Source of the DNA: Trichosphaerium sp. ATCC 40318
Lineage: Eukaryota > Protista > Tubulinea
Length of the DNA stretch: 64,000 bases
Direction of reading: 5' to 3'
Assembly: GCA_038496445.1 (NCBI GenBank)
Contig: JALMLS010000343.1
Span: 124,001-188,000, forward strand
Positions within the stretch are counted from its first letter, which is position 1, and each line of letters starts with the position of its first letter. The notes under the pieces are model-generated. The model did no database searches. It was not told the origin of the DNA and saw only the letters and a program-made list of their open reading frames with translations. The position numbers were made by a program, and so were the translations under genes. Below, piece after piece: positions 50,548 through 62,046 of this stretch.

Positions 50548-51904
50548 CTATACTTTTAAGTTACTCATATCTTTCTCCAGAGATTCTACTGCATTGTCAT
50601 CTCCCTCTTTTTTGGTTGTGGGTTTTCCTTCTTCTTTCTTAGTTTCATCTTTCTTGTTTTCACCTTCTTCTTTCGTTGTTTTCTTGTCTTCTCCTGTTCC
50701 GGCTATTTTATCGTACGACGCAATAATTTTAGGCATGATTTCTCCTATCTTACCACGAATAATTATATCAGCAATCTAAGAATAGAATATTGTAAGCAAA
50801 GAATTGGATGTGAAAATCTACATACGTGGTCCATATCTGTTGGGTCTTTGTTCAAAAAGATGACTTTAGCGCCAGCCTTTTTAGCTGTCAATGGAAGCAT
50901 GTTTGCTGGTGTTACAGTCAAAGATGATCCAGTCATTATGAGCTAGGTATTTAACATTAATGTTTAGGTACAAGTGTTAAAAGTGAACGTACCACATCGC
51001 ATGTCTTACAACTAATAATAGCATTTGAAAGAATATCATCGGGTAATCCCTCACCGAACATGATGACATCAGTCTTTACTTTGTTACTACCGCATTTAAT
51101 ACAAGCTGGCGGCAGTGATTTCTAATATTATTACTTAGTAAACGTCTTGTTGCACAATCACGTGATAAAAAAACCAAAAAAAAAAACCAAACAACTTTTA
51201 TTTTCTCAAAAACAAATTAAAATACGCACTGTGAAGAATGCTTTCACCTCATCGGCAGTGTACTTTTGGGAACAGTTGAGACATGTTCCTGTTTTAGCGT
51301 GGCCATGTACTTCATATACAACCTTACTTCCAGCTGCTTGATGAAGCCCTAAGATGCGGGTTAACCCCAACATGAAATGGGAAAGAAATTTAAAAAAAGA
51401 ATCACAAAAAAATCCAGTTAACTCTTTTCTGAACTCATTCTGTACCATCAATGTTCTGTGTGATTATAGCCTTTACCTTTCCATATTTTTCTAATGTAGC
51501 AAATCCTTTATGACCAGGGTTTGGGAATGCTTTGCTCAAAATTTCGCTAACGGCTTTTGACATGTCCCAGAATGGTTTAGGATCCTTCATAAATTGCTGT
51601 TTGACGCGTTAGCGTGAAAACCGAAAAAGAACCGAACCTGATAACTCGCACAAACGTTTGGATCAAATTTCGACCATAGTCCGCCCTTTAAGAACGTTTT
51701 AGAGCAAATCAATGAGAAAATACCTACCTCTGAACGGAAATCGGGTATGCCACTCTCAACAGACATACCTGTGTTATCTTTAGCCTTTCAACGCGTATAA
51801 GAAGTGATTTATGTACCTGCTCCAGTAAATACAGTAACCGACTTGGATTTAACGAGTATTTCAGCTACTTGTTCTATTTGTGCGTCTATTGTTGGTTCTG
51901 CCAT
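50548..51904 (-). CDS. Sirtuin (Sir2/CobB-family NAD-dependent deacylase)
   Basis: TGA|GMSVESGIPDFRS, PNPGH, ITQNID|GLHQAAG, EVHG, CxxC..CxxC, DVIMFGE, GSSLTVTPA. Confidence 0.93.
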
Positions 51905-52461
51905 TGTGTAAATTTAGTTCTATTGAAATTTATTTTGTGCCAACCTTTTAAACGATTTCAATGAAAATAATTCTTTTGCAGTTAAAACTCGGCCAAGTTT
52001 GTTGAGTTGTGCCAACTTGTGTTTTTTAAAAGTACATTTAGGCTGTGTGTCTATGTCCCAAGGTACTTATTTCATACATGCGAAGGATGAGGGTAACTTG
52101 TAGGTATTTATAAATGATGTTTCACAAAATGACATTAATGGCAAACAAATTTCTTCCAAAAAAAACAATAACAGGAAAAAAACCTAGCGAGCCGGCTGTG
52201 CTAATATTACCTTGCTACAAACACGTGTTTGTACTTTTCGGTGCTATGTTAGTTGGTCCATCCATGTAACAATTTTATATACACTACTTTAACACGCATT
52301 TCGCCTTATCCAAAATGCACGTGCTCTATGGTAGGGAGCTACGCAAACAATAATCGTTTGGTTTAAAATAGTACCTATCCTTATATCTTTATGATTAAGA
52401 CGATTTCCAATGTCACCAACCAATCAATGAAACGCGCTTGTGCCAAGATAATTTTTTATTA

Positions 52462-54626
52462 TCATTTTGCTAGTTGGATACTTTGACTGACTGCAGTGAT
52501 GACTTGGTTGTTTGATAGTCTTAATGAAATCTTGAAAAAACACGTGTCACCTACGAAAGGTATACTTGTTTGGATTTTACCACCTGGTGGCGTATTGCTA
52601 ACAAGTGTTTGGAATGGACCTGCGCTTGAATGAGAAACTTCCAAGCCAATAGTTGCTCCTTAATTTTCATCAGTTTGTAGTTAAGATGATTCGAATGTAC
52701 CAGGTCTTTGAGCATCAGGGATAGTTGCTTGGTATTCTATGAATTGCACAGCAGGTGTAGATTTAAAAGTACGATCTTTAGGTAAGTTTATAAACCGAAT
52801 ATTTGGCAAAGTAGCAACGGAGGTCTCACGAAAGACGTCTGGTCTGTTTTTACCTAGGATTGTTTAGCTTTCTTTTTGGTTATTTTCTAGCTTGCAAAAG
52901 AAGACCGTACTAATAGTCTGGACGATGGCAATATCTGCAAATCCATTGTGATCTATAAAGTAGATTTAATAAGTGATAGAAGTAGTGTCTTCGGGAAGTT
53001 GTCACAAGAAGAAAAATCTACTTTTTGTTGGTTTTTTATACACGTACCAACATCACCCACTGTCAAAGCGCGTCCTGTAGAAGCTTGTGGATCCGTATTT
53101 AAAGTATATAGAAGTTCCCAGTCATTACTATTATATGTAAATATGGAAACTTTTCCAACTCCTAATGCAACAAGGTCATTTTGCCCATCATTATCCATGT
53201 CCCAAATCATCGTCTCTAAGGATCAGCTGTTATCACAGTTATATCAAAATTTTTATTACACACCTCTATATCCGCTCTTATCGCTTCCATCAGGTAATCC
53301 AACAGAAATATTCTTCCACGCGCCATCCCATGTGTAAGCCTTACAATTGACCGTTAAAACAAATTTAAGTATTTGGCAGTTTTAAAACGCACTTGTATGC
53401 CTCCAGCGTTTGTACACATTACAATCTCATCGCCAGGACCTCCGAAAAAGTGACCTATTGAAGCACCGAAAGGACCAAAATTATTAGAAGGTAGCCCAGA
53501 AGTAATATCTAGACAGAAAAGAGTAAGATACTCATAGGTCAGTTGAAAACTTAGAATTTTGTTGAACCTTTAAATCCTCCTTTCCCATCCCCCATATACG
53601 CAGTACCCCTCGAGTTGCTTTTGTAAATTATTATATCAAAAAAAAATACAAGCAAGAACGTCAATACCTTGTCCCAAAATCGAGAGTTCCATCATTGTTA
53701 AAATCAGCAAATGAGAACCTAGCAATCAAAATCATTTAATACAAGTTCGCAAAGTGGATGTAGATTGTAGTACCACATATCTGAGTTACCACCAACCCAA
53801 CCAAAAGATTGCTTCCATTCGCCAGTTCCACGTTGGTTAAGGTAAATATGAGTCCCAGCACAGCACCCAAAGCTGTTGGAACCTATGTCGAGCCAACCAT
53901 CGGAATCTACATCTCCAAGATCAGTACCAAACATACCCCATTCTTCGCCTATGTCACGAACCAAGTAATAAGTATGTGAAGTGAGAGAAAGAAGAAATTA
54001 CCGTTTTCTGCAAGGCCTTTGTTAAATGCTGTCCACTTTCTACCAGAACCATCACCCAAGCCAGCGCTTAGAATACGTTCTCCCAAAGGATCTTCTTTGT
54101 CATAGTCGTGGTGTACCCTATCGAAAACTTTAGTGCCATGAACGGAGGTGTTGTACCTACCCAAAGGCAGCATCAGGTTTACCGTCATTATTGATATCGC
54201 CAATTGCTACGCCACCATATCCAAAACGACCTATCCTTTTTCGGTTAGATTGGAGCTCTTTTTTCTTGTGACAAATACGCACCGTACTGATACAGGTCCC
54301 AGTTGCCTTTACCGTCACCGAAGTAACTCATTATACCATGAATTTGGGTATTAATATAAGGCGAACCATGGTCGCCAACGCTAATAATATCAACCTGGAA
54401 GAAAGAGCTTGTTAACGGTTTTTTTTGGTGTTAATTTTTGTTTTTGGTATTTTTCTTAATTAATCACGTGATTGCTTACATTTCCATCCATATTAACGTC
54501 TGCCATCGTCAGTGTCGTTTTCCCTTTGTCCCACGCTATATTATGCATCCCCATTGAACTTTGCACGTATTCTAGACTACTTACAGCCAAAATACAAAGT
54601 GAGAAAGCTAATAAGAACCGTAACAT
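52462..54626 (-). CDS. Secreted FG-GAP/VCBS-repeat protein
   Basis: Signal peptide. Repeats ADVNMDGN|VDI, GDINNDGKPDA, GDVDSDGWLDI, ADFNNDGTLD, WDMDNDGQNDL. Confidence 0.85.
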
Positions 54627-54817
54627 TGAGAACTATACAAAACAATTTTTTGTGACAGATTTTCTAGAAATCAGTTTGACTTTGAAGCTCGAGTGTGACA
54701 CTCCTTCATTAGAACAAAGTGAATATCTTCAATACTGACTTAATACGGACACAAGCGTTAGAGATGGTGACTAGGTAATGAAGGCAATGCTGTGGCTTAT
54801 GGTACACTGTTTCTATT

Positions 54818-55510
54818 TTAAAAATACAAGTTTGCTTCATTTTTTAGTATGTAGTCTGCCATACCCTGTCCTATCCATCTGTTCTTAACCATCTCGTTTA
54901 ATAGTGTCTTTTTAGATGTAGTACTGCTTGCTGAGTGAATGACTTTAAAAGATTCACGTATTTTTGTAGATGAGATATCTGCTAGTTCCTCTTCTACTAA
55001 GAACACGCGTTGTTGCTGTTTTTTTCGCGTTTTACGCGTTTTGGCACTGTTGTTACCAAATTCTTGTTTTAATCTTTCTGTGTCTCCCTTTCGTGCTATC
55101 ATTACTGAGTAAAACGCTGAAGAGTTCCTGGCCCTTGATGGGTTGGCACGATCTCCGCCCGTTACGATTACTTTGTTTAATTCACCATGTTCGCTTTTTA
55201 ACTCATCTGCGTACTGACTGAGGCATGCTTTTGCACATCCGAAGGTATTTTCGCAAGGCAGTATCCATTCCGCTTCCTCGTTAACCAACAATCGTATTAA
55301 CGCCAGTCTATGCTTTTTGGGCATAGCCAAGGCACCTAGCTTCTTTTTGACGTATCCATTCGGTGCTGCAGCCAAAAACCCGTGCAAAACGCAGCCTTCG
55401 CCAAATTCAACCTCCAGAGCCTTCTTTGCTGCCTCTAAAGCGCGCAAATGACATAAATGTACGGGATTAAACGCACCTCCAATACACAATATAAATTTGG
55501 TCTCAGCCAT
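54818..55510 (-). CDS. Nucleotidyltransferase (NMNAT/NadD-like, HxGH superfamily), intronless
   Basis: GGAFNPVHLCH, HRLAL, VTGGD, ISSTKIR, terminal YILKN..LY. Confidence 0.8.
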   Translation of the reverse strand: MAETKFILCIGGAFNPVHLCHLRALEAAKKALEVEFGEGCVLHGFLAAAPNGYVKKKLGALAMPKKHRLALIRLLVNEEAEWILPCENTFGCAKACLSQYADELKSEHGELNKVIVTGGDRANPSRARNSSAFYSVMIARKGDTERLKQEFGNNSAKTRKTRKKQQQRVFLVEEELADISSTKIRESFKVIHSASSTTSKKTLLNEMVKNRWIGQGMADYILKNEANLYF

Positions 55511-55599
55511 GCTATACTGCCTTGCTGTAGAGTGTTGCAGCTTGACAGGTTGCCGCTTAACGTATTAAGCTTCGCTTTTTTTATTTAACAACTGCTGCC

Positions 55600-58310
55600 A
55601 TGCTACCGTCACTGGCGGAGTTCATGTTGGGTAATAGCAGCGCGCCAACCTCTGGTTCAAATAGTACTTATGATAAATGCGCGTGGGACTCTGGACCAGC
55701 TTATATTGGTACCCGTAGTGTATAAACGTCATTGACAGTAGTAGATTATCGTTATGTTCATGAATGCATGTTTGATGGCAAATGGGAAGCAACACTGCTG
55801 TTATTCGTATCCTTACATACTTCATCGCTGTTTTATGAAAACGTCAGTCAAAATTTCATCTACTTTTATCCTGAACGTTTGAGATAATATGGATGGTGTT
55901 CTTATTCTATGTACTTATCAGTACTACAACAAAGTACGCGATTATTTGGTTTTAAGCGTACTTTAATATTTATTCGCCAATAGGTATTTCTGCCCTGCTC
56001 TCTCACGCATGTCTGAGCGTCTACGCTTGTCAAACCACATAATCGTAAGTATTTTTTTCTGATTTTTTGGTTGTGAGCCAAGCGACAATCCATCTACGTA
56101 GTTTATTACTAGAGGAGCTCGCGGATTAAAATCACAAGCAGCGGAAAAATGCGATTTTCCTTCTATGAGGCTTGTCGTTAACTTTTTTTCTCTCTTCTCG
56201 TAGGGCGTTACGTTTGTTGCTATAGGAAATGGTGCTCCTGATTTATTCACAACGTTCGCAACTGTCAGGTTTAACGAATTCGATATCGCCTTCGGAGGGC
56301 TTCTAGGCGCTGCAGTAAGCAACCATTAACCGCTTTTACAATCCTGTTTTTTTATTTTAGAACCTTCAACGAAAACAGTTTTTTACCTGTTGCTCGCTGG
56401 GAACCTTTCTTGGACTTATGAGGCTAAACCTAGATATTCTCTGTTACCATGCTTGTAGCTGTAACAGTACTTGCTTCTAAAGGGAATGATCCAAGTATCG
56501 CCAGGCGTCCTTTCTTTAGAGACTTGGTTTTCTTTCTTCTTTCACTTGGTGCAGTTGTTTACATTTTTTCAAATAAAAAGGTGCGTTCGTTGGTGCCCTC
56601 TACCTTCAAGTAGGCTTCGTGAGACCTGTGACTTGGATTTATCGGACATATTTTAAAAATATCTTCGCCTGTCTGAGCACGTGTGATAAACCGATTGTGG
56701 GTTTGTTTAATTCGTTTTTTTTTAGGTTGAAGTTTGGGAAGGAGCCATGTTAGTTTGTTTGTGGGTATTGTATATTATCTTTGTGTTGGTTGCAAGAGTA
56801 ATATACCAAATGCGTCAACGCGCAAGGCGTAAGGAGTTTGGTATACTTGACGGAGAGGACGAAGAACTACTGAACACCGTGTGCGTTATTAATTCTTTTG
56901 AAGGCGTTTTTATCGTTTGAAAAAAAACCTGATGAACTGTCATTAGTGATGCAGGTGCTGCAGGAGATACATTACTGTTCGAAGATATCCTGTATTTTAC
57001 AAATAAGAGAGAGTCAAAACAAGGTACCTTTGTGTTCTTGAACCATCGGATTTTTTTCTAATTTTTTGTTGCTTAGATCCGTTCCTTCGCAATTCAGGTA
57101 CATTGTTTATCCATAATGTGCTCTATGTTGTGCTTAATTTGTAAAAATTATAGAGCTTGCGTTTCAGCAAGAGGATGATACAATGTGGTCGCGTTTCAAG
57201 AGATATGTCCAGAGGAATGTATCTAGACTTGGATGGCATTCTAAAACAACACGTGAAAGAGTTATTTTTGTTCTTCAATCACCTCTCACTTTTCTAAGAA
57301 GCGTTACAGTACGTTCACACATTCGTTAATCACGTCACGTCTTAATCGCTTTCAGATACCTCCAGTACAAGAGTCAACATGGAACAAACTTCTAGCAGTG
57401 GTTTGCATGGTTGGAGGTCCTACTTTCCTTCTCTTTGCTACTAAGAGTGAGTTTTTTCTTCAGCATCTTTTTTTCAACTTTTTGTTCTTGGCTTTCTAAT
57501 GGTTTGTTTTAAGCGATTGCCTTGGGTTTCACAATAAAGAGTACTGGGGGATTCTTTCCTATAGTATCTATTGCTATTCTATTGGGTATCATATTAGCTA
57601 TCGTTGTAGCACAAACAACACAAGAAACGGAGCCACCAAAGTTCTTTGTTGTGCGTTTTTTACCCTTTTCTTTCTGTTCAAAGAATACGCTCTCCTCCTC
57701 GGTTTTTTGTCTCCCTGTGTGTTTAATTTTATGATAGGTTATCGTTATATACGGATTTATAATATCTGCATCGTGGATGTATTTATCTTGTCTCGAGATT
57801 GTATACATGCTTAAAGAAGTATGTGAAATTATGCATTGGTCAAAATCTATCATTGGTCTATTGATACTCGCTTGGGGTAACGCTGCATCAGATCTAGTTG
57901 CTAATATTGTTCTTGCAAGGTACGTTAACGTATATATAATGATCACGTGTCAGTGGTAGTGAATGTAGACGACTAAACAAGTTTTCATTAGGAGAGGATT
58001 TGGATCTATCGCTATCGCTGCTTCCTATGCTGCGCCTACATTTAATATCTTGCTTGGACTTGGTCTTGGGTTCTCTTTTAGAGCTGTTACAGATAGAGGA
58101 AGTATACCTGTTACTATTGATAATAACACATTGGTTGCTTTGGTGTTTTTAGGCGTTATTGTACTTCTTACACTTATTATTGTTCCTTTGTCAAAGTGGA
58201 AGATTAGGTTACCTTTTGCTTTAAGTATTGTCATAATCTATATCGTTTTTATGATTGTTTGTGTACTTACTGAGCTTGATGTTATATTCAAAAAGCCCAT
58301 ATGGACATAG
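55600..58310 (+). CDS. Cation/Ca2+ exchanger (CCX/NCLX-like, SLC8B1/SLC24-type)
   Basis: Alpha-1 repeat GVTFVAIGNGAPDLFT, alpha-2 repeat GLLILAWGNAASDLVAN, PFFRDL, multiple TM segments. Confidence 0.9.
55807..55883 (+). other. U12-type (minor) GT-AG intron
   Basis: 5' site GTATCCTT, branch TCCTGAAC 7 nt upstream of the intron end, no pyrimidine tract. Removal keeps the frame (LLLF|IIWM). Confidence 0.8.
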
Positions 58311-58609
58311 AGATAAGGTAGTACTTACTTTTAATAAACATTTGTACATAGCAATAAAAAATTAAATTTCAAAAAAAATGACTTAAGGAGTTTTTTGTAT
58401 TGCTTTTGACACGTGATCTTTTTGTGAAAAATTATCTATACACTTTTGCATAGTGCTTCTTACGTATTATACACTCCGAACAGATTTAATTAAAAAGATA
58501 GCGAGAAGGTACAGGAAAGTTGTTTTGTTTTATTTTTTTGAAAACGGCTACTATTTTTTGTTTGCTTCTCTCTCGTGTGGAAGTCAAAATAATACATTTA
58601 TACAAGACT

Positions 58610-59371
58610 TTAAGCATCGTACTGGGGACCTTGATATGTCCACCAAAAGTATGGACCACCAAATGTTTGTGTCCAGTAATGATTAAACTTCTTCTGTCCG
58701 TCGTCGTTTTGAGAATAATAATACCCAATCCCAACGTCATAAAAGTAAGGACTAAGCATGTTCCTTAGATGTCCGCGGCTACCTAAAAGCCTTGTAACAG
58801 CAGTAATAGGATCAGATATACCTACAGCAATATTCTCTCCAGTATGATGGTACTTTACAGTGTACCCTGCGTTATCTATTCTCTTACGAGAAGCAACACC
58901 ATCAGGTGTCAAATGTGATACATAATCTCTTGTTACCATATCTACTGAATGTAGTAAAGCAGCTATAACGAGTTCTCTGTTTAAATAAAAAGGTCTCAGC
59001 TTACGCTTTTTCCTTTCTATATTTATAGCGTTTAAGTGTAATACAGTCATGTTGCAATGATCACGTTTAGAAGACTCAACATGAGACAAAGCGTCATTTG
59101 TTTTTTCTTCTTGTTGTTCGGCATATGGTTTAATAACTCCTTTCTCCCATGCTTTATGTGCTTGTAGGTCATCACCAAATAGTCCGTTTCTTCGATAACC
59201 TTTATCGCTGTCTATATCATGCTTAATACCGTCGTATAGGTTTCGGTAGTACGTCAGCGTGTTGTTGACAATGTCTACTGCTTCTTCGCATATGTCTAGG
59301 GCTGTTTTTGCTTTAACTGTAACGATTATACAAACGAGTATTGTTGTTGTTAAAAAATAACCCAGACGCAT
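58610..59371 (-). CDS. Secreted CAP/SCP-domain protein (bacterial YkwD-like type), intronless
   Basis: Signal peptide, INIER, AALLHSVDM..YVSH.TPDG, GENIA, SRGHLRNML, VGIG..YWTQTFG. Confidence 0.88.
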   Translation of the reverse strand: MRLGYFLTTTILVCIIVTVKAKTALDICEEAVDIVNNTLTYYRNLYDGIKHDIDSDKGYRRNGLFGDDLQAHKAWEKGVIKPYAEQQEEKTNDALSHVESSKRDHCNMTVLHLNAINIERKKRKLRPFYLNRELVIAALLHSVDMVTRDYVSHLTPDGVASRKRIDNAGYTVKYHHTGENIAVGISDPITAVTRLLGSRGHLRNMLSPYFYDVGIGYYYSQNDDGQKKFNHYWTQTFGGPYFWWTYQGPQYDA

Positions 59372-60021
59372 GTCTGTGGAGATGTAAAGCTAAATAAGGT
59401 CAGTTGTGAAACGTTACTAATTTAAGCCATTTTTAGAATAATTGCCTTATTGGAATGAGAAACTGCGATTTTTCGGGCATTTTATGACTATCTATTCAAT
59501 AGGAATACGTGAGTCGCCTTCGGTCTTAAAAAATAATTTGAAGCAAAAGGCGTCAAGTTAAGAACCTGGACAAAACAAGGTTTACGGATACTCGTAATAA
59601 TCTGGAACGATCGTGGAGGATTAACACGGTTGTGTTGCATTAGCACCAACAAGAATCAAGCTTGGTCTTCTGCTTGTACGTTCTAGGAGATGTGGATTGT
59701 AGATTCAATGGATGCAAATAAATGATGGTTCAACATTTTTATGGTATTCTTTTCGTACGCACTTGCTTTCGTATATTAAACGTTAACCAAGAGGTACCGT
59801 AGCTCTAAGTAGGTATAGAATTCAATGAGTCTAATGGTAGTGAGATAGGGAACAGTCCAACATCATCTCACATATGATATGTGCGGTGATACATTATTTT
59901 GCTTACACGTGTACTTTGTATCCGGTGATATAATCCAAAAGTTGCAAGAATACTTCTTTTGCACCTTCAAATCACCACTGTGAGCAACTACACTCACACT
60001 ATTATCCACTGTTGTTAAGGC

Positions 60022-61584
60022 ATGTGTTTAAGTGTTTGCATAAGGTTACACGCCCTACGACCATCAAACATGTCTGCATCACCTGTAAAACAAATATGCA
60101 TTACGCCAGGGGCTACTATCACTTCATCACAGTACTTTAGACAACTTCCACCGGAGCTATTTGAGATGATTGTATTCAGACCACCATCGGACCCCATTTT
60201 AACCCCTATAGCGATTAAACGCACTTGTAAGTATTTCTACAACCAGATATCTGCTTCAAGCCCTCAGTGCTTGATAGCCGCTCACAGAGAGCATTTCCCT
60301 TTCTATACCACCGATTTTCCATGTTTCAAAGGCCAAGACTTTACTTCATACTATTGGCAGTACCTGCCGTTATTGTTAGGCTACGTACGCCCTAATTTAC
60401 GAGAACAAGTGCTTGATTACGTCACAGTATCAACTATTGCTCACGATATTGGTCAAGACTACAAAACAGAAGTAAAATTCTCTGTAGAGGCAGTACTCAT
60501 ACTACTTCATGCTTGTCAGCGAGTATGTTCTGGCACCATAGATCACGTGATAAATACGGATAAGTTAGTTGGGTATTTTGATCCGGAGTTCACAGAGACT
60601 GTTGAGGAGGGCGAATATCAGTGTTCAGATAATGATGAAGTTTACCCTGAGGAGTTCGAATATCCTGACGCCTATCCCAAACATACAGGTGGTATCATAT
60701 GTGATACTATTTGTATTCATGATATTTGGGACGAATATATGACTATTGAACAGGTTAAAGCATGGCACAAGCATCTTGGCAATAATGATATTTTTCACAA
60801 AAGGGATGCTTTCGGCAGAACATTGTTGATGCGTTATATTAGATCTTTCATTGACTTCGATGGCAACTCTATTTTCGATGATCCTGTTTATCAGTACATT
60901 GTTAAACATAGCAATACTAGTGCACGTGATTTATCAGGGAAGACAGCGCTCATGTACCTTGGTAATGTCATTGATGATTTTGATATACAAAGAATAGACA
61001 ATGACTACAACTTGATAAAAAGAGATAACAAGGGATGGACTTGTTTATATCATCAACCGAAATGGATAAATGAAGAAAACTTGGATTATATCTTTTATGA
61101 TATGCTTGGAGAGACTGAACTTTTTTGGCTTTTGCTTAGGTTACGTATGTTTGATAAAGTTGAGTTACTATGTATACATGCTCCCAACTTTCAGGAGATG
61201 GAGATTCATAAACCTTTTGGTCCACATAACAAAACTGTTGCTTTTGTTCTTGTAGAAATGGCCCAAGAAGTAGTTAGCAAGGTCTTGCCAACTGCCAACA
61301 TGTATCCTCGCTATTCAGCTGCTTATGATCTAGTTAGAAGAAGAGAGAGATTCCCTGTGTCTTTTGTTGATAGAATATGTTGTGATCACAAAGGATACAA
61401 TCCAAACCACCAAGATGATGAAGGAAATACAGCATGTATGCTTGCTTATAAATATGGAAACCATGAAATTGTAAGGTCCTTGATAGTAAACAAACAGACA
61501 GATTGGAATTTAAAGAACAAACAGGGAGAAAGTTTAAGAGATATACAAGAAGCTGCGTATAAGAAATTGAGAGAAGAACAGTAA
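60022..61584 (+). CDS. Intronless ankyrin-repeat protein with N-terminal F-box-like and histone-H3-like segments
   Basis: RQLPPELFEMIV; HDIGQDYKTEVKFSVEAV; ankyrin starts DAFGRTLLM, DLSGKTALM, DNKGWTCL, DDEGNTACM, NKQGES. Start may be 60070. Confidence 0.8.
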   Translation: MCLSVCIRLHALRPSNMSASPVKQICITPGATITSSQYFRQLPPELFEMIVFRPPSDPILTPIAIKRTCKYFYNQISASSPQCLIAAHREHFPFYTTDFPCFKGQDFTSYYWQYLPLLLGYVRPNLREQVLDYVTVSTIAHDIGQDYKTEVKFSVEAVLILLHACQRVCSGTIDHVINTDKLVGYFDPEFTETVEEGEYQCSDNDEVYPEEFEYPDAYPKHTGGIICDTICIHDIWDEYMTIEQVKAWHKHLGNNDIFHKRDAFGRTLLMRYIRSFIDFDGNSIFDDPVYQYIVKHSNTSARDLSGKTALMYLGNVIDDFDIQRIDNDYNLIKRDNKGWTCLYHQPKWINEENLDYIFYDMLGETELFWLLLRLRMFDKVELLCIHAPNFQEMEIHKPFGPHNKTVAFVLVEMAQEVVSKVLPTANMYPRYSAAYDLVRRRERFPVSFVDRICCDHKGYNPNHQDDEGNTACMLAYKYGNHEIVRSLIVNKQTDWNLKNKQGESLRDIQEAAYKKLREEQ

Positions 61585-62046
61585 TATGCACAACACTAGC
61601 AACTATGATAATGTTAAGGAAATGTTAACAAAGACACAGCCATGTACTGTATTATATATTTTTAAACCAACAATGTGTTGTTAAATGTTCTACATCTCAT
61701 GTGCCACAAGTTTAAGGGTGTGCACTCAGCAACGATTTGCCTCACAATAGGGAAATACAACGCATTGCAATGGTCAATGTTATTATGCTAAGCAAGAAGG
61801 TAGTATAAATAATGGCGTTGTAGCGGACATGTGTTAAGAATATTCTCATGTCACTTGTAAACAAAAAGTGAATATTGGTCACGGAGTTCAGCCGACAGAT
61901 GGATATAAATCGGTGATCAAGTCTTAGAGTTTCTACAAGTTCGGAAAATATGCTGTTCTATGATTTTCGCAAAATGTTTGTCTGGAAAACGTGTTGTCAT
62001 CTGTAACTTACGGTTCTTAAACCAACAGTAAACTAGTCGCAACAAC

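Noticed and set aside
56044-56441. TATGAGGCT repeated in two consecutive CCX introns
   Set aside because: A 9-mer seen twice with no consistent structure is too weak to support.
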